From: Vulcanimicrobiota bacterium
GTDB taxonomy: Bacteria; Vulcanimicrobiota; Vulcanimicrobiia; Vulcanimicrobiales; Vulcanimicrobiaceae
NCBI GenBank assembly: GCA_963833095.1
Contig: CAWHWQ010000001.1
Span: 888,595-952,594, forward strand
DNA: 64,000 nucleotides
Reading direction: 5' to 3'
Each line of letters starts with the position of its first letter. Positions within the stretch are counted from its first letter, which is position 1. The notes below the pieces were generated by a model. That model was given only the letters and a program-made list of their open reading frames with translations. It had not been told where the DNA came from and searched no databases. The translations under genes and the position numbers were made by a program. Shown here one piece after another: positions 36,117 through 46,152 of the stretch.

Positions 36117-36123
36117 ATCGCCA

Positions 36124-36972
36124 GTGAGCTGGTTCCATCAAGAAGACGATGAGGCGCCCGCTCCGCTTCCGGACGCCAAGTATGTAATCTGGGCGCTCTA
36201 TGCGCTAGTCCCGGTTCTTTTGGGGCCGGCTATTTACTATTGGTGGCTTCTCCGGGACCACTTTTCGTGGTCGCGATGCGTACTCGGCGACGCGCCCTGT
36301 TCGCTAGCCGTCTCGACGTATCTACTGTGCCTAGTGACGCTTTTTGCTTTTATCGCCGCATACACTGCTGCAGTCTATGCCGCAAGAGCGCTGCGCAACG
36401 AACAGCGCGCCGCTTTGGCCATTCAGCGGTGTAGGCGCAAGCACAGAAATAAACGGGGCGCTGTCGAGCTCTATCTCGACGAATCGATCGGGCGACTCTT
36501 CACCGAAGACCCGCCAGCCGGATTTGAAAGGCGGACTTGGTTTTCGACGTGTTTTCTCGCAAGTGGCGTCGGGCGCTCACCAGTGGTCAATGCGCAACTG
36601 GATTTTGCCGCCGCCTTCTCCGGCGACAGGCAGATGATCGATGGAACGGCTTACTTGGGCACACTTGAAGCGATCGGAAGGGCCCACATCGTTATCTGGG
36701 CGCCGCGTCGGAATCTTAAGATCGTGTGGTCACCCAGAGCAACTCATAATGAAGGCAAGGCTCTCAGGCTCTACATACAGGCGAGAGAAGCCGCCGAGCC
36801 TACAGTGGTACTACCACTCACGTTTGGGATGGGCGAACAAGCCCCGGCCCAATTTGAAGGTCCAGCGACCCGGCCGGAGCCGCCCCGATCAATCTGGCAA
36901 AGGATCGGGACGACTTTAGGACAGGCACTTACTTCCGTGAAGAAAAAAATGTCGGCTTGGCGCATACGATGA
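36124..36972 (+). CDS. Hypothetical membrane protein (2 TM + soluble domain)
   Basis: Hydrophobic segments YVIWALYALVPVLLG and YLLCLVTLFAFIAAY. Confidence 0.65.
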   Translation: MSWFHQEDDEAPAPLPDAKYVIWALYALVPVLLGPAIYYWWLLRDHFSWSRCVLGDAPCSLAVSTYLLCLVTLFAFIAAYTAAVYAARALRNEQRAALAIQRCRRKHRNKRGAVELYLDESIGRLFTEDPPAGFERRTWFSTCFLASGVGRSPVVNAQLDFAAAFSGDRQMIDGTAYLGTLEAIGRAHIVIWAPRRNLKIVWSPRATHNEGKALRLYIQAREAAEPTVVLPLTFGMGEQAPAQFEGPATRPEPPRSIWQRIGTTLGQALTSVKKKMSAWRIR

Positions 36973-37235
36973 AAGCGACGACCCCCGAAGATCCTCGAAA
37001 GCCGCTTTTGTCGAAGCGAAAGATAGCTGAGCGACGATATATATTCGTCCTGATCTTACTCTCGGTCTTGCTCACGGCTGGCGGTTTCTATGTCATCAAC
37101 TTAGGCGAAATTGCCGACGCCAAGTACTTCCGCGTCGCGGATCACAAAGACCGAGAGACAAAGAAATCGACTAGCAGACATTGCCAGCCGATAGTTCGAG
37201 CCACTGGGAAACCTGCGCGGCCGCCTAAGCATTAG
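36969..37235 (+). CDS. Small single-TM hypothetical protein
   Basis: ATGA overlap with upstream stop; YIFVLILLSVLLTAGGF. Confidence 0.55.
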   Translation: MKATTPEDPRKPLLSKRKIAERRYIFVLILLSVLLTAGGFYVINLGEIADAKYFRVADHKDRETKKSTSRHCQPIVRATGKPARPPKH

Positions 37236-37672
37236 CCACTCTTGAGGCGCGAATAATAGTTTCTCATCGACTCTTTCGTGATTTCTTCGTTCGCACGCTC
37301 CCCATCAAGAACGCCAGCACGCTTGCGAGCCTCAAGCCACGGCTGCTCGCCGTGAGTTAGCGCGCTTAAATATCCAGCAGTCTTGCTGCCATAAAATTTT
37401 AGGACGCTATCGACCGCGGACCTTGACGTGCCCGAAACGACAGATGGCGAACCACCCGCTACCGAATCAACGGTGAACTGATACTTATTCGCGTCCCAAA
37501 CGTCAGGGGTGACAGGACCGTTTGCCCACGCCTCGATGCGGTCAGGGAACAACGACCGACCGGTCCAGACCAGATGCCAGGCTTGCGCGTAGTAAACGAG
37601 CTTCTGCAGCTTCATCGCCGGCATAGGGCCGAGCTTTTGCAGAATGTAAGCAGCCACATCGCGCGCCTTCAT
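37232..37672 (-). CDS. Panacea-domain (DUF4065/SocA-GepA-like) antitoxin
   Basis: DVAAYIL..MKLQKLVYYAQAW..LF..IEAWANGPV..LSALTHGEQPW..I...MRNYY; AAAGGAGG RBS. Confidence 0.92.
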   Translation of the reverse strand: MKARDVAAYILQKLGPMPAMKLQKLVYYAQAWHLVWTGRSLFPDRIEAWANGPVTPDVWDANKYQFTVDSVAGGSPSVVSGTSRSAVDSVLKFYGSKTAGYLSALTHGEQPWLEARKRAGVLDGERANEEITKESMRNYYSRLKSG

Positions 37673-37757
37673 GCTGTCCCCTCCTTTCCGCTATTGCAAC
37701 GGTACTCTTCTAGACTGAGAATCGGAGAATCCAGTTCCCCGCCTTAAAGAATAACAA

Positions 37758-37795
37758 ATTTCTAGATTCCTAGCAATCTAGAAATATGCTAAAAT
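37758..37795 (+). promoter_or_regulatory. 28-bp palindromic operator overlapping an extended -10 promoter
   Basis: ATTTCTAGATTCCTAGCAATCTAGAAAT (one mismatched pair; CTAG every 8 bp) followed by TGcTAAAAT. Confidence 0.65.
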
Positions 37796-37804
37796 CGGGT
37801 TCCT

Positions 37805-38005
37805 ATGACCCGACGCCTGGATTGCCAAGTGGGCCTGAACGTCTCTGAGCAGGCCAAGCTTCGCCTAGCCAGGCTTGTGATCGATCTCCGAGAACGCGGC
37901 CGATCTGCTTCGCAAGGGGCGATTTTGGATGTCCTTATTCTCCGCGCGTACCCGGAACAGATCGAAGATCACTTCCCCCCTAGGATTCGTCCGCACAAGA
38001 CTTAG
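37805..38005 (+). CDS. Small putative ribbon-helix-helix DNA-binding protein
   Basis: QVGLNVS strand followed by two amphipathic helices; directly behind the palindrome. Confidence 0.5.
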   Translation: MTRRLDCQVGLNVSEQAKLRLARLVIDLRERGRSASQGAILDVLILRAYPEQIEDHFPPRIRPHKT

Positions 38006-38185
38006 CTGCCCATTTGACGTCGGGCGACGCCTCAGCCAACGGCTGCCGAGCGCGGAGTCAGTTAACATCTAGTCACCTGCGCCGACGATCACTCGCGACG
38101 CTTTGGTCTATTGCTCTGCCTTCAATGTCGCCGCGTATCCATCTGATTACGACTGCTCCCACGGCTTAGCGCGCCAACGCCGCTG

Positions 38186-39133
38186 CTACTCATCGGGCGG
38201 GTCGAGAATCCCGTACTCGTTGGCTATTGCCTTGAAGCGCTCGTTAAAGTCGTCGAACAGAGGTACTACATCGACGCCGAGGCGTTGGAATGCAACGAGA
38301 ATAGCGAGCAGAAACGACATGCCCCGAGAAAGGCAGAACAGCCATTTTCCATCGTCCGTTATCGCGCGCTGAATCGGCCAATCGGGACGCTGCGCAATTC
38401 TGTTCGCTACCTCGCCGAGGGCGATGATTTCGGCGTGTGACCACTTACTCCAACCGTGCCACTCGTGCTTTTCCAGTATCGCCGCTTCCTGTTGCGCGTC
38501 GTTCAGCAGAGCGCCTGTCAGCCTTCGATCGGTCGCAGTTTCGCTCGCGCGTTGAAACAGTTCGTCAAGCTTCCCTTGAACCTGAACGTCGTCGAGGTGC
38601 CGGGCAGCCTCGCGCTGGGACGCGACCAGCGAACGATACACCCGCAACGCAAACGCCGTATCCGCTCGGTACGCACGTAGTCGTAGATCGCATTCGCCCA
38701 ACGCCCGCAGGTGGATTCTCGCTGCGCTCGACACTCCGGCAGTAACGAGCGTGAGGACCGCCTCCGCCTCTGCGGCCGCGATGGCTCCCGTGGCGATGGT
38801 CAACTGTTGGAGCGCGCATTCTTGTGGGTCGGTCGATGTCGGCTGCGCTCGCGCATAGCGGATAGCCGAAAGCAACGCCGTGATGCATTGGCCGAACACC
38901 TCAGCTAGACGCTGGTCGGGGAATGCTGCATTGGTCAAGAACTGCACGCGTTCTTGCGCCTCCGGCTCCGGTTGCCCCGTAAGCGTGAAGGGAAGGTCTG
39001 GGTCAAGGGCGCTCATAGGATCTCCTCCCGCAGGCCATTTGATCGCGACGTCGTCAGACCAATCCCGACGTTCACTGGCGCCGAAGTTTTCGGGCCGTTC
39101 AAAATTCAACTCGAAGCTATTCTCTTGACTCAT
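38186..39133 (-). CDS. Helical hypothetical protein (DUF5677/HEPN-like)
   Basis: AARIHLRALGE and WHGWSKWSH patterns; start overlaps end of Mrr-like gene with GAGGA RBS. Confidence 0.6.
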   Translation of the reverse strand: MSQENSFELNFERPENFGASERRDWSDDVAIKWPAGGDPMSALDPDLPFTLTGQPEPEAQERVQFLTNAAFPDQRLAEVFGQCITALLSAIRYARAQPTSTDPQECALQQLTIATGAIAAAEAEAVLTLVTAGVSSAARIHLRALGECDLRLRAYRADTAFALRVYRSLVASQREAARHLDDVQVQGKLDELFQRASETATDRRLTGALLNDAQQEAAILEKHEWHGWSKWSHAEIIALGEVANRIAQRPDWPIQRAITDDGKWLFCLSRGMSFLLAILVAFQRLGVDVVPLFDDFNERFKAIANEYGILDPPDE

Positions 39134-40184
39134 CCTCAGGAGGAATTAACGTCCAAATCTGTTGCAGCGGAATTAGCGTCTGCATCTCCTCAGAGAGCAG
39201 CGGATAGACCTTCAGTAGCTCTGTGACGAGATCGAATCCGGTCCAAAGACGGAGTCGAAAGAAATTCCGGCGCGCTTCACGTACCGCCGGCCCCGTGAAG
39301 CCACCCCATGCGACAAACAGACCATGGTCAGCGCCGAAATTCTTCAGTGCACCGTCAAGTTCGCGGACCGGCTTTACATCAACGCGGCCAGCCTCAGACT
39401 TGACCTGTACACCGATTCGTGGCGGATCAAAACCAAGGTCGCCTCTACCCGCCGTAAGATCTATCCCTCCGTCAGCGCCTTTGTCCGTCGGATTTACGAC
39501 ATAACCCTGTGCTTCAAGAACGGCCTGCACTACCGATTGGAGATCATGTCCTTTGAATCTTCGAATGACGTGCTCCATGATCGTCGCACGTGCCTCATCC
39601 TCAAGATTCCGAGCTAGTTCAGGGACGCCATCGCTCTGTAGTGCCTGCTCTACCTTCTCGCCACTCAGAGCCGCTGCGCCAATGACATTGTCCGTTCCGC
39701 CATTTAGGATGCTTTCAATGCGTTCTGCAGCATTGTTTCGCGTAACGTTACAAACGGTCATGAATGCGCCCAGAGAGTAGAGAAGGTCTTGCCCAAACGA
39801 AGAGCGCGGCACGTTAGTGCGGACCCATTTAACGTCCCGCGTGTGCGCAGCATCAATCGTTACGTATTGCTCCTGAAATTTGTACTCGCTCGTCACTCTG
39901 CCGAGCGCAATCCCGCTCGTGTGTTTTAGCGGCATCGCAACGATATCACCCGGCCGCATCGTAGACCTGAAAGGAAAGATCTGCGAAGCCCAATTGGCAA
40001 TGGTATGCTTGGATTGGTCGGGATGAACCACCTCAAGACGTTGGCGAATGTCCTCGCGCGTCCGGAGTTCAGACAAATCGCCGGTCTCAGCCCAGCCTAT
40101 TGTGGCAAGTCCATTATCCAAAGCCAGGGCCTCGCGTTCTCCGCGCCGGCCAGCTCGAACAAGCCAAACAGTCGCCACTGTCAT
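39117..40184 (-). CDS. Mrr-like restriction endonuclease (type IV, COG4127-like)
   Basis: WLVRAGRRGE..IGW..MRPGDIVAMP N-terminal domain; Mrr catalytic GADGGID..VQVK..GLFVAWGGFT..LW. Confidence 0.9.
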   Translation of the reverse strand: MTVATVWLVRAGRRGEREALALDNGLATIGWAETGDLSELRTREDIRQRLEVVHPDQSKHTIANWASQIFPFRSTMRPGDIVAMPLKHTSGIALGRVTSEYKFQEQYVTIDAAHTRDVKWVRTNVPRSSFGQDLLYSLGAFMTVCNVTRNNAAERIESILNGGTDNVIGAAALSGEKVEQALQSDGVPELARNLEDEARATIMEHVIRRFKGHDLQSVVQAVLEAQGYVVNPTDKGADGGIDLTAGRGDLGFDPPRIGVQVKSEAGRVDVKPVRELDGALKNFGADHGLFVAWGGFTGPAVREARRNFFRLRLWTGFDLVTELLKVYPLLSEEMQTLIPLQQIWTLIPPEDESRE

Positions 40185-40401
40185 ACCTCTCGTCGGATTT
40201 ATCACGTTTGGGCGAAATGAGGCGATTCAGACTCTACTATCCGAGCCATAGGCTTGGCGAGGATCGTTGTATCTGCCTTTCGCCGCCTTTGGCACATGAT
40301 AAGGTCGACCCCAAGCCATGCAGACCTACCTCCTCGAGCCTCTCCGGACTATCGGAGAATCGTCGGGTGCGTCGTAAAATCATATTAGGAGGCGCAGCCG
40401 A

Positions 40402-40935
40402 GTGGGCATTGCAAATTTCGTCGTCGCGTTCCTGGCACTCGTTGCCGCGGTAGTCGCGGCCTGGTTCGCCTATCGCGCTGTTGCAGTCGCTACCCGTAGG
40501 CCAGACGTGACAATTGGCTTAGCCGATATCGGCGGAAAAGGCGTGCTCGGGGAGCCCGTCTCGATCAATCAGAAGCAACTTGTTGGAACCGCGGTTTCGG
40601 CTCACGGGCTGCGGGTTCTGGTGCAAAACCACGGCTCCGTAGGAACCGCAAATTATCGCGTGACGCTGTACCTTCCAAAGGGCCATGATCCGCTGCCGGA
40701 GCTTTATACCGGCATGCCGCTGTCACTTCGTCCAGGCCAGCAAACGACAATCAATGGCAACCTCTATGCCGAGGCATACTTCGAAGGTACGTTTCTTCCG
40801 AAAACGGCTAGCCATCCAATTGAATTAGTCAGATTCTTCATGGTTGCAAAGCCGTTCGATGGGGTGATTCCATGGCGCTTTTCTTCAATGGACGGGTATG
40901 AAGTCACGGGAGAGCAACGCGTCACTCTCCTCTGA
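40402..40935 (+). CDS. N-terminally membrane-anchored hypothetical protein
   Basis: AGGAGG RBS; TM FVVAFLALVAAVVAAWFAY, then RPDV..VQNHG beta-rich domain. Confidence 0.7.
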   Translation: MGIANFVVAFLALVAAVVAAWFAYRAVAVATRRPDVTIGLADIGGKGVLGEPVSINQKQLVGTAVSAHGLRVLVQNHGSVGTANYRVTLYLPKGHDPLPELYTGMPLSLRPGQQTTINGNLYAEAYFEGTFLPKTASHPIELVRFFMVAKPFDGVIPWRFSSMDGYEVTGEQRVTLL

Positions 40936-41189
40936 ATGGCCGCTCTTCTACGAAGCTGGCGGCGCGAGTAAACTTAACGAACACCGCAATTCGTTACAAC
41001 ATGAAGAGGCCGGGAAAGCTCTGGTCGTAGTCCATTCAGCTCAGGACGAAATGGGATGGGACACTCCTCGTGCACGGCCAGGCAGAGCTTCAAGGCTCGA
41101 CGAGGATGGTCGATGAAGTGGTCCGTAGGCGACACCAGGGCGTTGCCCAGGGCTAGCGTTTCCATTGCAGCACGTCAGTTAGGGTACCG

Positions 41190-42638
41190 ATGTTCGAGCA
41201 AGCCTTCAAGAATATTGACAACGTGCTCCGCACCGAGAGCGGCGCGCAGAGCGAGCTAGATTACACTGAGCAAACGTCGTGGTTGTTGTTTCTCAAATAC
41301 CTTGACGCCCTTGAGCAAGACCGCGCTACGCAAGCCAAGCTAGAAGGCAAACCTTACAAGTTCATCCTCGACAAGCCGTATCGTTGGGACGCATGGGCCG
41401 CGCCAAAGACCAAAGATGGCTCTATTGATGACAATAGCGCATTGACCGGCGACGACCTGCGTGACTTCGTAAACACGGAACTCTTCCCGTACTTGCACGG
41501 CTTCAAAAAGCGCGCGTCCGGTCCAAACACCATCGAGTATAAGATCGGCGAAATCTTCGGCGAGATCAAGAACAAATTTCAAAGCGGCTACAACCTACGA
41601 GAAGTTATAGATGAGCTCGATGCACTTCGCTTCCGTTCGCAGACTGAGAAGCATGAGCTCTCGCATCTTTACGAAGATAAGCTCAAACGAATGGGGAATG
41701 CCGGTCGCAACGGTGGCGAATATTACACTCCTCGACCCCTCATTCGTGCTATCATCAGTGTTCTAAAGCCCCAGATCGGCGAGCGACTCTATGACGGGGC
41801 TCTCGGCTCAGGCGGCTTCCTCTGCGAAGCCTTTGACTACATGAGCAGCAAGCCAGGTCTCAAGACTAAGGACTTGCGCACCCTTCAAGAACGAACGTTC
41901 TTTGGTAAGGAAAAGAAGAGCCTCGCCTACGTCATCGGCGTGATGAACATGATTCTACACGGCATCGATGCTCCGAACGTCATCCATACGAACACGCTGG
42001 GCGAGAACATCAGCGATATTCAGGACAGCGACCGTTATGACGTCGTGTTGACAAACCCGCCGTTTGGTGGCCATGAGCGCAAGGAAATTCAGCAAAACTT
42101 TCCGATCCGATCGGGCGAAACTGCATATCTCTTCCTTCAACATTTTATGAAGAGCCTCAAAGCCGGTGGTCGTGCGGGCATAATCATCAAGAACACCTTC
42201 CTTTCGAACGGCGATGCCACTCGGCTTCGAAGAGAGCTCCTCGACACTTGTAATCTACATGCGATTCTCGATCTACCGAGTGGAACATTTCACGGCGCAG
42301 GCGTCAAGACAGTTGTGCTCTTTTTTGAGAAGGGTTCTCCGACGCGAAGAACCTGGTACTACCAACTCGATCCTGGCCGCAATCTCGGCAAGACGAATCC
42401 ACTAAACGACAATGACCTGATCGAGCTCGTTGATTTCCAGAAGACTCTTACTAACTCTCCAAAGTCGTGGTCCATCGACATCTCAAGCATTTCCACAGAT
42501 ACCTACGACCTGTCCGTCGTAAATCCCAATGGAGGGAAAGCGCTACAACATCGAAGCCCACAGGATATCTTGGACAGGATCGCGGCCCTCGACGCTGAGA
42601 CAAACGAGCTACTTAAATCGGTGAGGTCGCTACTTTGA
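41190..42638 (+). CDS. hsdM: Type I restriction-modification methyltransferase subunit
   Basis: GEYYTPRPL, DGALGSGGF (motif I), NPPF (motif IV), ETAYLFLQH. Confidence 0.96.
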   Translation: MFEQAFKNIDNVLRTESGAQSELDYTEQTSWLLFLKYLDALEQDRATQAKLEGKPYKFILDKPYRWDAWAAPKTKDGSIDDNSALTGDDLRDFVNTELFPYLHGFKKRASGPNTIEYKIGEIFGEIKNKFQSGYNLREVIDELDALRFRSQTEKHELSHLYEDKLKRMGNAGRNGGEYYTPRPLIRAIISVLKPQIGERLYDGALGSGGFLCEAFDYMSSKPGLKTKDLRTLQERTFFGKEKKSLAYVIGVMNMILHGIDAPNVIHTNTLGENISDIQDSDRYDVVLTNPPFGGHERKEIQQNFPIRSGETAYLFLQHFMKSLKAGGRAGIIIKNTFLSNGDATRLRRELLDTCNLHAILDLPSGTFHGAGVKTVVLFFEKGSPTRRTWYYQLDPGRNLGKTNPLNDNDLIELVDFQKTLTNSPKSWSIDISSISTDTYDLSVVNPNGGKALQHRSPQDILDRIAALDAETNELLKSVRSLL

Positions 42639-43765
42639 TGAATGCGTGGAAGAGTACCGCTATTGGCGACGTTCTAAGACTTCAATATGGAAAACCTCTT
42701 CCCGATTTCGATCGCGACGTAGAAGGTCTGTACCCTGCATATGGCGCGAACGGCGAGAAGACTCGAACTAACAAATTCCTCTGCGATGCTCCAAGCATAG
42801 TCGTTGGCCGTAAGGGTTCAGCGGGGGAACTCTTAGTCACGGAAAGCCGGTTTTGGCCCCTTGATGTGACATATTATGTGGATTTCGATCGAAGCAAATA
42901 TGACCTTGGATTCCTCTACTATCTACTCGACACACAGGATCTGCCGCGTCTGGCTAAGGGAGTTAAGCCAGGCCTTAACCGAAACGATGTCTACTCACTC
43001 CGCGTTGCCGTCCCACCTCTGCCGGAACAGAAGCGGATCGCCTCGATTCTCGATGGAGCCTTCGAGAGCATCGCCGTGGCGCAGGCCAATGCAGAGAAGA
43101 ATGTCGCAGCCACCCGTGAGGTGTTCAAAAGTTATTTGCATTCCATTTTCGATCACCGCAGGGACAATTGGCAGAGAATCCGGATCGCGAATGTATGCGA
43201 ATCGATCATTGATTGTATTAACAAAACCGCTCCAAAGGTCGACAGCGAAACCTCTTTCAAGATGATCCGCACAACAAATGTTCGAGACGGAATGGTCAAT
43301 CTCGATTCGGTCAGCTATGTCACCGAGGGTGTATACCGAAAATGGACGCGACGACAGGTCCCACAATACGGAGACATCCTTTTGACACGTGAGGCGCCAC
43401 TTGGTGAAGTCGGCATGCTCCTCACGAATGACAAGGTTTTTCTTGGGCAGAGGCTTGTTTCATACAGGGCGAATCCCAAAGTGCTGTACAATCGATTTCT
43501 GCTCTACGCGTTTCAGTCAGTCGACATGCAGGCGCAGATAAGGGGCTTTGGTTCCGGCGCGACAGTCCATCACATGCGTGTGCCGGACTCGAAGGCGCTT
43601 CTCGTGCCGATGCCTACGATCGTTGAGCAACGACGCATAGTCGATCATATCGAATCGCTTCGCACACAAGCCCAACGACTAGAGGACACCTACAACACCA
43701 AGGTTTCCGAACTTAACGACCTGAAAGTGTCCTTGCTCCATGCCGCGTTCAACGGGGAGCTATAG
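42635..43765 (+). CDS. hsdS: Type I R-M specificity subunit (two TRDs)
   Basis: VGRKGSAG, VPPLPEQKRI, MPTIVEQRRIV, SLLHAAFNGEL. Confidence 0.95.
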   Translation: MMNAWKSTAIGDVLRLQYGKPLPDFDRDVEGLYPAYGANGEKTRTNKFLCDAPSIVVGRKGSAGELLVTESRFWPLDVTYYVDFDRSKYDLGFLYYLLDTQDLPRLAKGVKPGLNRNDVYSLRVAVPPLPEQKRIASILDGAFESIAVAQANAEKNVAATREVFKSYLHSIFDHRRDNWQRIRIANVCESIIDCINKTAPKVDSETSFKMIRTTNVRDGMVNLDSVSYVTEGVYRKWTRRQVPQYGDILLTREAPLGEVGMLLTNDKVFLGQRLVSYRANPKVLYNRFLLYAFQSVDMQAQIRGFGSGATVHHMRVPDSKALLVPMPTIVEQRRIVDHIESLRTQAQRLEDTYNTKVSELNDLKVSLLHAAFNGEL

Positions 43766-46119
43766 TGGAGCGCCCCTACAACGAGGCGGATACCCGCGCT
43801 GAGTTCATTGAGCCGGCGCTTAGCTCCGCCGGCTGGGGCGTCGTCGAAAACAGCCGTGTCGTTCGAGAGTATCACATCACGAAAGGCCGACTTCAGGGAC
43901 AAGGTAGGCGCGCCTCCCCCGATATTGCCGACTTTCTCCTCTGCTATCGGAACCACACCCTTGCCGTCGTCGAAGCAAAGAAACTGAGTCTTCACTACAC
44001 GGAGGGGCTCGCTCAAGCTAAAAACTACTCTGCCAAACTCGAAGTCCGGTTCGCCTATTCCACGAACGGTAAAAAAATCTATGGTGTTGATATGGATACG
44101 GGGAAAGAGGGCGACGTTGCAGTCTATCCGAGCCCTATCGAGCTGTGGGATCGTACGTTCCCCAGTGAGAATGCGTGGCGCAATCGCTTCAGCGCAGTTC
44201 CATTTGACGACAAAGGCGGGTCATGGCAGATTCGCTACTACCAAGAAATTTCGGTCAACAACGTCCTTGAAGCGATCGCTGCGGGAAAGAAGCGGGTTCT
44301 TCTCACCCTAGCGACCGGCACAGGGAAAACGCCCATCGCGTTTCAGCTCGCATGGAAACTCTTTCAGTCCCGCTGGACGCTGGCGGGCGATGAACAGCGT
44401 CGCCCGCGTGTCCTCTTTCTGACCGACCGCAACTTTCTCGCCGATCAGGCTTACAACGACTTCTCCACGTTTCCTGAAGATGCGCTCGTTCGCATAAGCC
44501 CTGACGACATTCGCAAGAAGGGCAAGGTCCCGAAGAATGGGAGCATCTTCTTCACAATCTTCCAGACGTTTATGAGCGGAGCATCCGAAGACGGTCGGCC
44601 AAGTCCGTACTTTGGCGAGTATCCGCCTGACTTCTTCGACTTCATTGTCGTGGACGAGTGCCATCGTGGCGGAGCGAACGATGAAAGCACCTGGCGCGAG
44701 ATCCTGGAGTATTTCAAGCCCGCCGTGCAGCTAGGCATGACGGCTACTCCGAAGCGCACGGACAACATCGACACTTATAAATACTTCGGCGATCCCGTCT
44801 ATATCTATTCCCTAAAGCAGGGCATCAACGACGGCTTCCTCACGCCTTTCAAGGTGCGCCAGATCTCGTCGACCTTGGATGATTATACATATACGCCAGA
44901 CGATACGGTAGTTGAGGGCGAGATTGAAGCCGGAAAGCGATATACCGAGTCCGACTTCAATAAGATTATTGAAATTGAAGCCCGTGAGCAATATCGCGTG
45001 AAGCAGTTCATGGATTTGATCGACCAGCGAGAGAAAACGTTAGTCTTCTGTGCGACACAGGACCATGCGCTTGCGATACGCGATCTCGTTAATCAGTATA
45101 AGACGAGTGCAAATCCCCAATACTGTGTACGAGTCACAGCAAATGACGGCGCTCTTGGCGAGCAGGCGCTGCGCGAGTTTCAGGACAACGAGAAGACGAT
45201 CCCCACCGTCCTCACAACCTCGCAGAAACTTTCAACTGGCGTAAATGCGCGAAACATTCGCAACATCGTTCTTCTCCGGCCCATCAACTCAATGATCGAG
45301 TTCAAGCAGATTATTGGCCGCGGAACGCGGCTCTACGATGGCAAAGACTACTTCACGATTTACGATTTTGTTCGCGCGCACGAGCATTTCAACGATCCGA
45401 CCTGGGACGGCGAGCCAGCAGAACCGGAGCCCCCTAGTGAACCAAGGCCGAACGGGCCCGGCGGCGCGATATCGCCTTTTGTTCCGCCACCGGAGCGCGA
45501 GCGCCCGGAGAAAGTCGTTGTGAAACTGGCCGACGGTAAAATACGCCAAATTCAGAGCATGGTGTCGACAAGCTTCTGGAACGCCGATGGTAAGCCGATG
45601 TCAGCGCAGCAGTTCCTGGAGAGTCTCTTCGGCGCGTTACCGGATTTCTTTAAGAATGAGGACGAGCTTCGCACCCTCTGGAGCGACCCAACCACGCGGA
45701 AGGCCCTGATCGGTCAGCTGGCTGACAAAGGTTTTGGAAGTGACCAGCTTGCCGAAATGCAGCACATTATCGACGCCGATAATGCGGACATCTTTGACGT
45801 TCTCGCTTACGTCGCGTTTGCTCTCCCGACCAAAACCCGCCTGGAGCGAGCGGCACTAGCACAAGTAGACATTGACAAGACTTACAATGAGAAACAACAA
45901 GCTTTCTTGGATTTCGTGCTTGGGCAATATATAAGCGAGGGAGTCGCTGAGCTAGACACCGAGAAGCTCTCACCGCTTCTCATTCTGAAGTATAACGCTC
46001 TTGCGGATGCTATCGACGCACTTGGCGACCCCGACTCTGTACGAAAGATGTTCACGGGATTTCAGCGGTACCTATATAAACCGCGAGAAGAACGAGACGA
46101 CAGCAGATCTTTTCGCTAG
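43765..46119 (+). CDS. hsdR: Type I R-M restriction subunit (EcoEI/EcoAI-like)
   Basis: NEADTR, AD..VVEAK, LATGTGKT, DECHRG, MTATPK, QIIGRGTR; EcoEI-type C-terminus. Confidence 0.95.
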   Translation: MERPYNEADTRAEFIEPALSSAGWGVVENSRVVREYHITKGRLQGQGRRASPDIADFLLCYRNHTLAVVEAKKLSLHYTEGLAQAKNYSAKLEVRFAYSTNGKKIYGVDMDTGKEGDVAVYPSPIELWDRTFPSENAWRNRFSAVPFDDKGGSWQIRYYQEISVNNVLEAIAAGKKRVLLTLATGTGKTPIAFQLAWKLFQSRWTLAGDEQRRPRVLFLTDRNFLADQAYNDFSTFPEDALVRISPDDIRKKGKVPKNGSIFFTIFQTFMSGASEDGRPSPYFGEYPPDFFDFIVVDECHRGGANDESTWREILEYFKPAVQLGMTATPKRTDNIDTYKYFGDPVYIYSLKQGINDGFLTPFKVRQISSTLDDYTYTPDDTVVEGEIEAGKRYTESDFNKIIEIEAREQYRVKQFMDLIDQREKTLVFCATQDHALAIRDLVNQYKTSANPQYCVRVTANDGALGEQALREFQDNEKTIPTVLTTSQKLSTGVNARNIRNIVLLRPINSMIEFKQIIGRGTRLYDGKDYFTIYDFVRAHEHFNDPTWDGEPAEPEPPSEPRPNGPGGAISPFVPPPERERPEKVVVKLADGKIRQIQSMVSTSFWNADGKPMSAQQFLESLFGALPDFFKNEDELRTLWSDPTTRKALIGQLADKGFGSDQLAEMQHIIDADNADIFDVLAYVAFALPTKTRLERAALAQVDIDKTYNEKQQAFLDFVLGQYISEGVAELDTEKLSPLLILKYNALADAIDALGDPDSVRKMFTGFQRYLYKPREERDDSRSFR

Positions 46120-46152
46120 ATGGTGATGAGGGTTCGGGGTGCGTAGAGAGAT

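Noticed and set aside
37101..37232. 43-aa minus-strand ORF overlapping the Panacea stop (TAATG) as its toxin
   Set aside because: No recognisable features and fully antisense to a coupled plus-strand membrane ORF.
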